Source: Cyanobacteria bacterium P01_D01_bin.156
GTDB lineage: Bacteria > Cyanobacteriota > Cyanobacteriia > Phormidesmidales > Phormidesmidaceae
Direction of reading: 5' to 3'
Length of the DNA stretch: 64,000 nt
NCBI GenBank assembly: GCA_039024555.1
Contig: JBCCQQ010000010.1
Location: 32,001 to 96,000, forward strand
Below are positions 12,732-22,249 of this stretch, one piece after another. The notes below the pieces were generated by a model. That model had not been told where the DNA came from. It searched no databases and saw only the letters and a program-made list of their open reading frames with translations. The position numbers and the translations under genes were made by a program. The stretch's first letter is position 1. Each line of letters starts with the position of its first letter.

Positions 12732-13409
12732 ATGCGGACAGTTTTCAGGCGGAGGAACCCAGGGCAGTCAATGAATAATGCTCCAGATGAATTACGTCGG
12801 TTAGCTTGTGAGGCGTGTCGTTACCGTTACGGTAGCCCAGAACGCCAACGGTACCTAACCCAGTTAATTCAGATGGTAAAGCCCCATCTTTGGCGAGACC
12901 CTAACCCTTATTACCAGGATGCTCTGCAACAAACATGGATTTACTTATGCCAAAACCTGTGTGAAGGCAAAACAGCTAAGCCTTATGACCCTGATATTGC
13001 CAGTGTTGCAACTTGGTTAAATGCGTATCTTAAATTTCGACTATTAGATTTTTCTAACGCGACTAAACAAGAACGTCAACGCTGCATTTCTTCCTACACC
13101 GATGATGGCAAGACGACTAATATTGTGGAGACCTTAGTCGCTAAACCAGCCATTCCTCCAATCTTAGAGAGAGTTCAAGATTGGTTAGAACAGAACGCTC
13201 ATGAATTATGCCAGATTCATATCGCTAATCATCCGGAAATCAACTGTTATGAAATGATTCTTAGGCGGCTACCTCCAGAAACGCCTTGGCACGCAATTGA
13301 AACAGAATTTGGGGTGTCCTATAAAACTCTTGAAAGCTTTTATCGTCGTCAATGTAAACCTCGCCTTCGAGAGTTCGGGCGAGCCGAAGGTCATTTGAGT
13401 ACTCGTTAA
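12732..13409 (+). CDS. Cyanobacterial sigma-70-like protein
   Basis: YYQDALQQTWIYLCQN and SVATWLNAYLKFRL (region-2-like), C-terminal HTH TPWHAIETEFGVSYKTLESFYRR. Alternative start 12771. Confidence 0.75.
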   Translation: MRTVFRRRNPGQSMNNAPDELRRLACEACRYRYGSPERQRYLTQLIQMVKPHLWRDPNPYYQDALQQTWIYLCQNLCEGKTAKPYDPDIASVATWLNAYLKFRLLDFSNATKQERQRCISSYTDDGKTTNIVETLVAKPAIPPILERVQDWLEQNAHELCQIHIANHPEINCYEMILRRLPPETPWHAIETEFGVSYKTLESFYRRQCKPRLREFGRAEGHLSTR

Positions 13410-13461
13410 AGTTTAGTTTGTTGATTCCCATCACTGTCACAGCATTCCGGAGTATCCATCC

Positions 13462-14430
13462 ATGTCTTATTCATCACAAAATAACAATGTAACCATGTTG
13501 ACCTGGCCCATTACCCAACGAGGGAAACTAATTGCCCAACAGTTTGCCAATGCTCACTCTCATCCTGAGATTGCAGAGCGTGTTCGAAAAAATACTCTAG
13601 CGGTTTGGGTCATTCATGATTTCTTCTGTGCTTTAGGTATCGCCACGGATTTATTGACGAGCGATAGCTGGAATCCTGCCATGCAAGCCATAGAGGATGT
13701 GGCTGATTTAGTAGTGCCGGGGATGGGACAGCTAGAATGTCGTCCAGTTTGTGGCGAGAGCACTGTCTATATGCTGCCAGAAAACACTTGGGAGGAACGG
13801 ATAGGTTATGTTGCAGTCGCCTTGAACGAAGGAGTCGGGGAAGCTACTTTACTCGGATTTGCATCTGAAGTGCCTCCTACTCAACCTCAATTACAACGGG
13901 AACAACTACAGCCGATGGAGTATTTCCCAGCGTATCTCCATCAAATTCGTCATGAGAAAAGTACTCCAGAACGTTCTCAGCTAACACAGCTCAGTCAATG
14001 GGTGGAAGGCTATTTTGATGATGGCTGGCAGTTAGCAGAAGACTTGTTGGCTCAGTATATGTGGACTCCAGCTTTTCGGCAGAGCTCTCAACTGTTACAG
14101 TCAGAGACTGCTCAGCAAATTAAACGAGCAAAACAGCTTGACCTGGGACTTAAGCTGGGAAGAGAACACGTGGCTCTGGTGCTGGAAATTGGCCAGGATA
14201 AGGCGTTTACTAATGTGGGAGTCCGTGTATACCCTCTCGGCGGGCAGATGTATTTACCAGAGAGTCTTGTGGTCAAGATTTTAGATGAGACTGGCAAGGT
14301 ATATTTGACTGCCCAGTCGCGCAGTTTAGATAACTATTTGCAACTTTATTTTAGGGGGCATCGTGGGGAATTTTTTAGTGTACAGCTAGATTTAGCAGAC
14401 ATCTCTCTTGTGGAACATTTTATGATTTGA
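13462..14430 (+). CDS. DUF1822 family protein
   Basis: Motifs NTLAVW, SDSWNP, GQLECRPV, RIGYVAV and C-terminal DNYLQLYF..GEFFSVQL. Confidence 0.85.
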   Translation: MSYSSQNNNVTMLTWPITQRGKLIAQQFANAHSHPEIAERVRKNTLAVWVIHDFFCALGIATDLLTSDSWNPAMQAIEDVADLVVPGMGQLECRPVCGESTVYMLPENTWEERIGYVAVALNEGVGEATLLGFASEVPPTQPQLQREQLQPMEYFPAYLHQIRHEKSTPERSQLTQLSQWVEGYFDDGWQLAEDLLAQYMWTPAFRQSSQLLQSETAQQIKRAKQLDLGLKLGREHVALVLEIGQDKAFTNVGVRVYPLGGQMYLPESLVVKILDETGKVYLTAQSRSLDNYLQLYFRGHRGEFFSVQLDLADISLVEHFMI

Positions 14431-16853
14431 TGCGGAACAGTATGGTTAATCAGGTCAACCAGGACAATCCCCTCGGTAAGCTGGTAGTACTTAAGTTGGG
14501 TCCTGGCAACTTCCAGCAAGGTTTTGCCGTAACCCTGCAAATTGGTTTTGAGACAGAACGACCGACGTTAGAACTAACGGGGATGCTACCTCCAGCACCA
14601 GATTTACCAACGTTATACCATCAGTGGCAGGCGGCTTATCGACAAATGCAGGGGCCGAACCGTCTGGAAGCCCAGACCAGCATGGTCACTAATGTATCTT
14701 GGGTCGGGGATTGTCAGGAAAGCGCTGAGATGCTGTGCGATCGCATCAATCACTGGCTTATCCAGCCAACTTTTCAACCTATCCACAACAAACTGTTAGA
14801 ACAGCTAAATCCCGCTGATGTCATCCGACTCGTAGTACAAACAGAAGACCCCATCATCAAACGACTGCCATGGCACCAATGGGATCTGCTCCAGCGATAT
14901 CCCCAGGCAGAACTAGCCCTAAGTGCCCCGGTATACCAACAGGTGACAGCCCCTAGGCATCGACAGAAAACCGTTAGGATTCTTGCCATATTTGGCGAGG
15001 CAACTGGCCTAGATTTATCCACAGATCAGACCTTACTGCAAAATTTACCCGACGTCGATCTGCATTTTCTGACCGCGCCTAGTCGACAGACTCTCAATCA
15101 GTATCTATGGCAGTCCCAAGGTTGGGATATTTTGTTCTTTGCAGGCCATAGCAACAGCAATCACAAAAACGGACTGCTTAGTTTGAATGCTCAGGATAGC
15201 CTAACGATTCCTGAGCTGAAATATGCGTTGACTAAAGCGGTGCGGCGGGGGTTAGCGATCGCAATTTTTAACTCCTGTGATGGTCTAGGGCTGGCGGAAG
15301 ATTTGGCCGATCTCCATATCCCGCAAATTCTCATTATGCGAGAGCCTGTGCCAGATCGAGTCGCCCATGAATTTCTCAAGGGTTTTTTGGAAAATTTTTC
15401 CCACAATACACCGCTGTATCTATCCGTGCGGGAAGCCCGAGAGCGGTTGCAGGCATTAGAACATCAATTCCCCTGTGCCACCTGGCTACCGATGCTGTGC
15501 CAAAACCTAGCCCAGCAGCCCCCTACCTGGCAAAGTTTGCAGGGCCGGTCGTCAGTCATTGCCCAGAACAAGCAATCCAGGGAAGTACATCAGCCCTGGA
15601 TTGCCGTTGGGGTAGGAACTGCTATTACCGTTGCCACCCTGGGCATTCGTCTACTAGGGGGGCTGGAGCTATTGGAGCTAGCGAGCTATGACCGCTTTAC
15701 TCGCTGGTGGCCGTTCTGGGAAAACCCTGACTCCCGTATTGTTGTAATTGAAAATACAGCCACTGACCTAAAACAACAGGGATTGGATAGGACCTCCCAT
15801 ACATCCATTACCGATCAAACATTGCTGGCTGTATTACAAGAGATTGAGTCATTTCAGCCTAGGGTGATTGGTCTCGATATTTATCATGAACATGACATCT
15901 CTCCCGATTTGCCAGAATTAAAACAACAATTAGAGACTTCGGCCAATCTAGTTACCCTGTGTAAACACGCGTCCATCTCAACCGCAACACAGGGTATTGC
16001 CCCACCACCGAATGTGGACCTGACTTATGGTGGTCTAGGGTTTAGCGATTTGTTTGAAGATCGAGACGGGAAAGCCCGTCGTATTTTATTGGCAACAGAG
16101 CCCCCACCAGGATCTGTTTGTACAGCTTATAAAAGTTTTGCGGCCCTTGTGGCCGCTCATTATTTGGATGCGAAAGCGATAGAAAGGCCCCAAAGTCCTT
16201 GGTTGGATGATGTGTTTTGGTCTAACGATGAACAGTTTCAAATTAAACAGACCCAGATTCCTCCCTTACATCCGACTTCTGGAGGGTATCGCTTATCAAG
16301 ACAAGGCTTTGGAGGCTATCAGCAGCTACTTCACTATCGACATTTGCAGGATCTAGAAGCTATTGCAGACACCTACACATTATCGGAAATACTAAATGGG
16401 AAGGTTGCAAGGGAGGCACTGCGCGATCGCATTGTACTCATCGGTACCACAGCCCTTGAATTTGGTATGGGCGACATTGAAGAACGAGATTTTTGGGAGA
16501 CTCCTTACACCACTAGTGAGCGTCCTGAAGACATGATGCCAGGTGTTTTTATCCAGGCGCATATTATTAGCCAGCTGATTAGTGCGGTAGAAGATAATCG
16601 TCCCCTGATTAGCACCTGGAATGAAGGGTTAGAGATCGGATGGATTATCCTCTGGTCATTAGTGGGAGGTGTCTTGGGCTGGCATTTAACCAAAGGGAAG
16701 TTTTGGTTAATGTTCTTGACCCTAGAAACTAGTTTGTTTCTAATTTGCTGGATACTACTGGCAGTCCCTGCCATTTGGGTGCCCTATGTTCCTGCCGTCA
16801 TCGTCTTCACAGGCTCCACTATCACCGTTAATCACTACCGATATCGCCCATGA
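14430..16853 (+). CDS. CHAT-like + CHASE2 domain membrane protein
   Basis: FFAGHS and FNSCDG dyad motifs, MREPVPD, TM, CHASE2 (PRVIGLDIY, GFSD, VLIG, PGVFIQA), three C-terminal TMs; ATG overlaps the DUF1822 stop (TGATG). Confidence 0.88.
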   Translation: MRNSMVNQVNQDNPLGKLVVLKLGPGNFQQGFAVTLQIGFETERPTLELTGMLPPAPDLPTLYHQWQAAYRQMQGPNRLEAQTSMVTNVSWVGDCQESAEMLCDRINHWLIQPTFQPIHNKLLEQLNPADVIRLVVQTEDPIIKRLPWHQWDLLQRYPQAELALSAPVYQQVTAPRHRQKTVRILAIFGEATGLDLSTDQTLLQNLPDVDLHFLTAPSRQTLNQYLWQSQGWDILFFAGHSNSNHKNGLLSLNAQDSLTIPELKYALTKAVRRGLAIAIFNSCDGLGLAEDLADLHIPQILIMREPVPDRVAHEFLKGFLENFSHNTPLYLSVREARERLQALEHQFPCATWLPMLCQNLAQQPPTWQSLQGRSSVIAQNKQSREVHQPWIAVGVGTAITVATLGIRLLGGLELLELASYDRFTRWWPFWENPDSRIVVIENTATDLKQQGLDRTSHTSITDQTLLAVLQEIESFQPRVIGLDIYHEHDISPDLPELKQQLETSANLVTLCKHASISTATQGIAPPPNVDLTYGGLGFSDLFEDRDGKARRILLATEPPPGSVCTAYKSFAALVAAHYLDAKAIERPQSPWLDDVFWSNDEQFQIKQTQIPPLHPTSGGYRLSRQGFGGYQQLLHYRHLQDLEAIADTYTLSEILNGKVAREALRDRIVLIGTTALEFGMGDIEERDFWETPYTTSERPEDMMPGVFIQAHIISQLISAVEDNRPLISTWNEGLEIGWIILWSLVGGVLGWHLTKGKFWLMFLTLETSLFLICWILLAVPAIWVPYVPAVIVFTGSTITVNHYRYRP

Positions 16854-17623
16854 AGTGCATTTACTCCTTGACCAGTCATACGCCTTTTTATCTTGTTTTG
16901 TTGCTCCCGTTTAGCCTAGGAATAGCTTCTCCTGGGTTAGCCCATACGTCTAAAATTTTTAACAGACCGATCGCTGCGCCCACACTTTTGACAGGACGCC
17001 CTAGTAATTTAGGCTATCCCCAAGATGGCACCCGGCGGGGCGGTGGCAGTCGTGGTGGAGTATGCGATGTATCTCCGGGCACCCCTCCCTTAACGGCCCT
17101 CATGCCCGACACCAGTACCTGGACCGACAGTGAGCAATCTTCCCTAGAGGACGTTGTTTTTAGTTTGACTCAACAATCGTCTCCAGACATCTGGATTTAT
17201 GTTCCCTATATTATCGAGACGTCTAATCAGCTACTGTTTACCCTCAAAGACGACGCGAATAATCAGCTGATGCGGGTACAGCTAGCTTCTACAGAGAATC
17301 TTCCTTCCACCCCTGGTATTATTCAGGTCTCCTTTAATAGTCTAGGAGTCAATCTATTACCCAATGTGGATTACCACTGGTATGTGACGGTGAACTGTGA
17401 GCAAGGCCCTCCAGTTGTGGTGGATGGCTGGTTACGGCATCAGGTTGATCGAGCAGAGGACGCTCCTGAGCATACTTTTTTTGTAGATGACCTATCGTCT
17501 TTGGTTCAAACAACCAGTAGCGATGCTTCAGCCCGCATGGAGTGGCAAGCTTTATTGAAGGCTGTTGGATTAGAAGATATTTCTACAGCACCGATTGTCA
17601 ATTGTTGTCGTTTGGTTAACTGA
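16850..17623 (+). CDS. DUF928 family secreted protein
   Basis: Signal peptide, RRGGGSRG, LTALMP, WIYVPY, YHWY, W..LL..VGL, terminal CC; ATGA overlap with the CHASE2 gene. Confidence 0.85.
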   Translation: MKCIYSLTSHTPFYLVLLLPFSLGIASPGLAHTSKIFNRPIAAPTLLTGRPSNLGYPQDGTRRGGGSRGGVCDVSPGTPPLTALMPDTSTWTDSEQSSLEDVVFSLTQQSSPDIWIYVPYIIETSNQLLFTLKDDANNQLMRVQLASTENLPSTPGIIQVSFNSLGVNLLPNVDYHWYVTVNCEQGPPVVVDGWLRHQVDRAEDAPEHTFFVDDLSSLVQTTSSDASARMEWQALLKAVGLEDISTAPIVNCCRLVN

Positions 17624-17716
17624 GATCTTGCACCAGTCTCACTAAAGGCTTGGCAAGTGGACAAAAATCTGAAAAAACGGGTGTAACCAAACGAAAAACT
17701 GGAGGCCATGATAAAC

Positions 17717-17753
17717 CAGCCCCGGCAAACATGCTTGCCGAGGCTGTTTTTTT
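17717..17753 (+). terminator. Rho-independent terminator after DUF928
   Basis: CAGCCCCGGCAA...TTGCCGAGGCTG stem followed by T7. Confidence 0.7.
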
Positions 17754-17801
17754 GACGACGGATGATCCGCTGCAGGTGGCACTCTCCGCATCAGTAACGC
17801 T

Positions 17802-18317
17802 TTAGGAAGCCGTAGCCTTTAGAAATCGATTGGTAAACTTAAGGACATTGCCAAAATCTGTGCTGTTGGTACGCTTGCCATCTAAAAACGTATCCAGGAG
17901 AGAGTTGCTATTCTCAACGCTGCTAGATGTTGGAGCTCCCATATTCAACAGTTGCATAATCACAGGAAGTAACTTAGGCAAAATTGTCTGGGCAACGCCA
18001 ATATTCATCCCTGTTTTCTGCGCAACGGTCTGGGCTAATCGTTGTTGTAACTGAGGTGGAATCAAAGAGGTCACCATGTCGGCATTATCTGCAGTACCCA
18101 ACATCGAGGTGAGGGCGCTGCCTCCTAACTGTGTTTGTTTTTGTTTTAACAAGGGCTGCAGCGTTGCTCCTAATACAGTCATCATGGACTGCATTTGTTG
18201 AGAGTTAACACCCTGGCTGACAGCCAACTGCTGAACGGTTGTTGTGACTTGTTCTAGCTGGCCAACACTCGCCTGCTGGTTAGGGTTATTGATGGCGCTT
18301 AGAATTTCAAAAAACAT
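17802..18317 (-). CDS. DUF937/YidB-like protein
   Basis: MFFEILSAINNPNQQ...LAQTVAQKTGM...LPKLLP; typical cyanobacterial family member. Confidence 0.7.
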   Translation of the reverse strand: MFFEILSAINNPNQQASVGQLEQVTTTVQQLAVSQGVNSQQMQSMMTVLGATLQPLLKQKQTQLGGSALTSMLGTADNADMVTSLIPPQLQQRLAQTVAQKTGMNIGVAQTILPKLLPVIMQLLNMGAPTSSSVENSNSLLDTFLDGKRTNSTDFGNVLKFTNRFLKATAS

Positions 18318-18322
18318 GCTTT

Positions 18323-21300
18323 TTACTTCTCCTCATGCTTAGTAATCGCCAGGGTGACTTCGCCAGTGTTGTCATCTGGGTAAGTATCCACAAAAAAGGC
18401 ACAGAGGGTAGCGGGTTCTCTAACGGTGAGTGTCAGACTATCGTCATAACCGTTGAGGGTAGTCCACGTAGTGCTAACCGGTATTCCTGTTTGGGGATTG
18501 ATGACAGTGCCACCGTGAATCCATAGAATTACAAAAGGCTCACCGGGGTGACTGTCATCGCCATCGTAGTTAAAGACGCCATCCTTGATTTTCAGACTGT
18601 ATAAACCTGGTGACAGATAGTGCGTACTCGCCACAGTGTGTTCGATATGGTGCAGCTGATGTGCATCGAACATAAGGGCATTTTTACGACTGTGAACTTT
18701 AACAGTTTGGCCCTGGTCCTTGTCAGTCTGGCTTAGGGCTAGGCCACCGGCCATAGCGGCTCCAACGGCGGCCATATCAGTGGCGCTTACCCCGGTGTCT
18801 CCATCTTTAGTTTCATCAGAAGTGCTGACGTCAGGTGTCTGAAGTGGCTTGATGACGTTGGAACGGGCCAGCATGAGCCAGTCACCACCCGGTGCTTGGT
18901 AACCGACCTCTGCCAAGTAATCACTATCCCCATTGGGTAGGGGGACTGTGCGATCGCAATCTGCTTCAGCCAAATCGTAGGTTAGCGTGCTCTTAGGAGA
19001 CTGTTGATTAATATCCACATCAGTCACATCATGGATTCGCAGCTGATACGTTTGGCCGCCCTCAGCTTTGACCGCAGTTTTTGCCGCTTCTGGCACATCC
19101 CAGACAGCGTATGCCTTTTGTGAAGACTGGGACGACAGTTTAATACTGCTGGACGGTACTGAAACATCCTCGCCAGAGGGCTGATCGTTTTTGTTACCCA
19201 TGGCTGCAGCGCCAGCCACGCCAGCCACAGCCCCTCCCAAAATAGCGGCACCTGGAATACCTGACTGGGCAACCTGCAGTGGCTCAGACTGGGCTAAAGG
19301 CAGCCATCTTCCCTCAGCGGTTTGGTAGCCCACAGCTGCCATGTAGTTGCGATCCGCAGCCGGAAGGGCAAACTCCGCATCCACATCCTGGTCAGAACAT
19401 TCCACCTGAGCAGCGGGTTCTGGTAGGTCTGCCCCAGGCTGATAGTCCGTAACATCGTAGAGCTTAGCCACCATCGTTTCTCCCCCCTGACGGCGTGCTG
19501 CCGCTAGGGACTCTGAGGGAATGTCCCACTGAGCATGCAGCCGCTTGCCATTGGGACTGGCTAACAATAGCTCACCAGGATGACCAGAGATTAGTTCTAA
19601 ATCGGTTTTAGTAGCCGCTTCGTTGGCCGCCTTATCCTTACCGCCCAGCTTAGCCGCGCCCAAAGCCGCAGCACCAGCCAGAGCGGCACCAGCCCCCATG
19701 GCACCCAAGTTAGGACCCTTAGGCGCAGCCCCATCAACGCCCAGCTGCATGGGGACCCGTACCGGATCAGATTTAACAATCGGTAGCCACTTTTTATCAG
19801 CACTCAGATAGCCAAGTTCTGCACAGTAGCTGCGATCGTCCGCCTGAATGGGGATGTGTAGGTCTGGATGCTCTTCAATACAGGGATATTCCCCCACAGG
19901 TGCTGGCAAGGGGCCTTGTTTCGGTCGGCCGGTTACATCGTAAACGCGTAGGGTCAAGTCTTTGCCTCCCTCGCGCTTAACTGCTGCTAGCTTCTCCTGG
20001 GGAACTTCCCAGTAAGCATAGGCATTCTGGCCATCACGGGGAGTGAGTACCAGTCGGGACTTATCCAGGGCCCCAGCAGCGCCGACCGCCGCCGCTCCGG
20101 CCGCTGCCGCTCCGGCGACTCCGGCAGTCGCGGCTCCGGCCCCAGCTGCTGGGGCTGCGGCCCCACCACCTTTCTTTAGCAACCACCACAGCAACCCTCC
20201 CAGCACAGGAATGGCAAATAATGGCAAAATCCACCAGGGGAAGCCGCCACGTCCAGCTGCTTCAGCACCTGCAGCCGCTACCACATCGGCATCAGAAGGT
20301 GCAGCGGTGGGTGGCGTATCTATAGGGGCGGCTGCCGAATCAGTCCCTGTGGCTGCATCAGTGCCAGCGGCATCAGCCGTTGCAGCTTCGGGATCGGTTG
20401 CGACCGCTGTGCCGTCATCTGCGGCAGCTGTGTCGCTATCTGCGACCGCTGTGTCGCCATCTACGGCTGCACCAATCACTTCTTCTCCAGGGTTAGACGT
20501 TGCGAAACCAAGGAAGGCAAGCGTAGCTGGATCAGCGTCTGCCTTGTAAACAAAGGCTCGATACTGAGAGTAAGGATAACGAGGATCGTCTGGCAGAGTC
20601 TTATGCATTGGAATGATGCGGACATCATCACGTTCTAGCACTTGGGAAACCACCGAGTAGCCAATACCATCCTCACCCAGAGCGTTGATGACAGTCTCTG
20701 TTTCATCGTCATCAATGGGTGCTGCTGTCGCACCTGTCTCAAAGGGTTTTCCCTCAAATACGGTGTAGGTACTGAGGGCGCGGCGGGTATCGCTATAGTC
20801 TGGACGATCAACAAAGCGAATGGGTAAATCAGGACCGCCTAGCGCTGACCAATTGGTAATGTCTCCACGAAAAATCTGAGCAAATTGCTCAAAGGTCAGG
20901 TCCCCTTCAAAGGGGTTTTCTGGCCCTACGATAATTGCCAGCTTTTCCCGTTGCTCCAGGGGAACTTCCACCACACCCTGATTTCTTTCTTCCTGGGTTA
21001 GGGGACGACCAGAGGACAGCACGTCAATGTCCCCATTAATCAGTGCTTCAAACGCCTCATCGGTGCGGCTGGCGTCTAGCTCCACATCCACATTGGGATA
21101 CTGCTGCTCAAATCGACCTTCTAGTTCTTCGTTTGTCAGCCGCATACTGGTGGAACCATCCACCCTTAAGGTCGTACCGTCGGGCAATGACCCGGGAATT
21201 GGAAAGCTTTCGGGCACTTCTCCAAAAGCTTGGGCCTGAGCCTGACGAGAAAAACTTTCACCAACGGCCTGAGACACCGTTGCCGCTATCAGACAGGTGG

Positions 21301-21334
21301 TCGCGAATTTGATCAAGGACATTTTGCGATACAC
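18323..21334 (-). CDS. PstS-like substrate-binding domain + TM + three DUF4912-like repeats + C-terminal beta domain
   Basis: RVDGSTSM, IFRGDITNWSALGG, TM FPWWILPLF, repeated AYAYWEV/LRVYDVT/YCAELGY motifs. Confidence 0.8.
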   Translation of the reverse strand: MYRKMSLIKFATTCLIAATVSQAVGESFSRQAQAQAFGEVPESFPIPGSLPDGTTLRVDGSTSMRLTNEELEGRFEQQYPNVDVELDASRTDEAFEALINGDIDVLSSGRPLTQEERNQGVVEVPLEQREKLAIIVGPENPFEGDLTFEQFAQIFRGDITNWSALGGPDLPIRFVDRPDYSDTRRALSTYTVFEGKPFETGATAAPIDDDETETVINALGEDGIGYSVVSQVLERDDVRIIPMHKTLPDDPRYPYSQYRAFVYKADADPATLAFLGFATSNPGEEVIGAAVDGDTAVADSDTAAADDGTAVATDPEAATADAAGTDAATGTDSAAAPIDTPPTAAPSDADVVAAAGAEAAGRGGFPWWILPLFAIPVLGGLLWWLLKKGGGAAAPAAGAGAATAGVAGAAAAGAAAVGAAGALDKSRLVLTPRDGQNAYAYWEVPQEKLAAVKREGGKDLTLRVYDVTGRPKQGPLPAPVGEYPCIEEHPDLHIPIQADDRSYCAELGYLSADKKWLPIVKSDPVRVPMQLGVDGAAPKGPNLGAMGAGAALAGAAALGAAKLGGKDKAANEAATKTDLELISGHPGELLLASPNGKRLHAQWDIPSESLAAARRQGGETMVAKLYDVTDYQPGADLPEPAAQVECSDQDVDAEFALPAADRNYMAAVGYQTAEGRWLPLAQSEPLQVAQSGIPGAAILGGAVAGVAGAAAMGNKNDQPSGEDVSVPSSSIKLSSQSSQKAYAVWDVPEAAKTAVKAEGGQTYQLRIHDVTDVDINQQSPKSTLTYDLAEADCDRTVPLPNGDSDYLAEVGYQAPGGDWLMLARSNVIKPLQTPDVSTSDETKDGDTGVSATDMAAVGAAMAGGLALSQTDKDQGQTVKVHSRKNALMFDAHQLHHIEHTVASTHYLSPGLYSLKIKDGVFNYDGDDSHPGEPFVILWIHGGTVINPQTGIPVSTTWTTLNGYDDSLTLTVREPATLCAFFVDTYPDDNTGEVTLAITKHEEK

Positions 21335-21456
21335 GATTTTGTTCCCAACTAAGTAGACGGCACAAGGACGATTTCAAAAGAGCGTAGAGAATGCGAGATG
21401 CACTGAATGCGACTAACAATGATTTTTATGGGTGACGGATAACTGAGATCGATTGA

Positions 21457-21849
21457 CTAAATGGCAGTCACCGAAAGGGTTAACTCTCCACCGTGGTTTC
21501 CTGTGCTGGTATCGAAGAGCAGAGCACAGAGAGTTGCAGGTTCAAGCACCTCCAAAATCAGTTCATCGGTGTAGCCGTTAAGGGACGCCCAAGTAGCGAC
21601 CACCTCAGTATCCGTCTGTTTATTGATTACCTTGCCACCGTAAATCCATAGCAGGACCCAGGGTTCGGCTTGATCGCCAATACCAGTGACATAGGGCGTG
21701 TCGCCTTCTAGCAGTTTGATCCGATTAGTTCCAGGTTGCAGGTTCACTGACACCCCGTTATCTTGAATCGCCGTCATCTGTTCGGGGCTCAGACGATAGC
21801 AATTGTGCTGACTGTGGACCTTGATCTCTGCAACTACACCGCTTTCCAT
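21457..21849 (-). CDS. Hypothetical protein; stand-alone homolog of the C-terminal domain of the downstream gene
   Basis: Shares KVHS, EPxVxLWIxGGxVIN, WxxLNGY and EPATLCA with the C-terminus of 18323..21334. Confidence 0.75.
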   Translation of the reverse strand: MESGVVAEIKVHSQHNCYRLSPEQMTAIQDNGVSVNLQPGTNRIKLLEGDTPYVTGIGDQAEPWVLLWIYGGKVINKQTDTEVVATWASLNGYTDELILEVLEPATLCALLFDTSTGNHGGELTLSVTAI

Positions 21850-22185
21850 GATTCCAGCTTCCTTTGATGTCTCAGTGAAGAACTTACAGGCCCGTGCTTA
21901 AGGGTAAATAAAGTTGTCTGTGGATTTGGTCAAATGTGAGTCCGTTGCTGAGCCAAATCATGATTTCTTTCTGAAAGATGCTGACATAGGGCAGACCGCA
22001 CAGATTGATTCATAAACCAGCAACGACGGGGGTAATTTCCCATTAGCAGGAGCTTATGAGAATCACCATTGTCAAACCATAGACCGAATCATTTTCTAGA
22101 ATAATCTTCCTTAACAATAAAAAAGGATCGTATAGCCGTACATAAGCAAACCAGATAGATGAAATCTCCACACATCTAAAAGAGC

Positions 22186-22215
22186 AGATCGTAAGTACTA
22201 AAGATCGCATGTACT
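22186..22215. promoter_or_regulatory. Tandem LexA-box-like sites upstream of sbcC
   Basis: AGATCGTAAGTACT (22186) and AGATCGCATGTACT (22202); each has two mismatches to the cyanobacterial LexA consensus RGTACNNNDGTWCB. Confidence 0.4.
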
Positions 22216-22249
22216 TGTTATCTTAGATGCAGGCTGTCAAGCTACATCA

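Noticed and set aside
20043..20549. 168-aa Ala-rich ORF and the other short antisense or overlapping ORFs in the track
   Set aside because: Shadows of well-supported genes on the opposite strand or in another frame.
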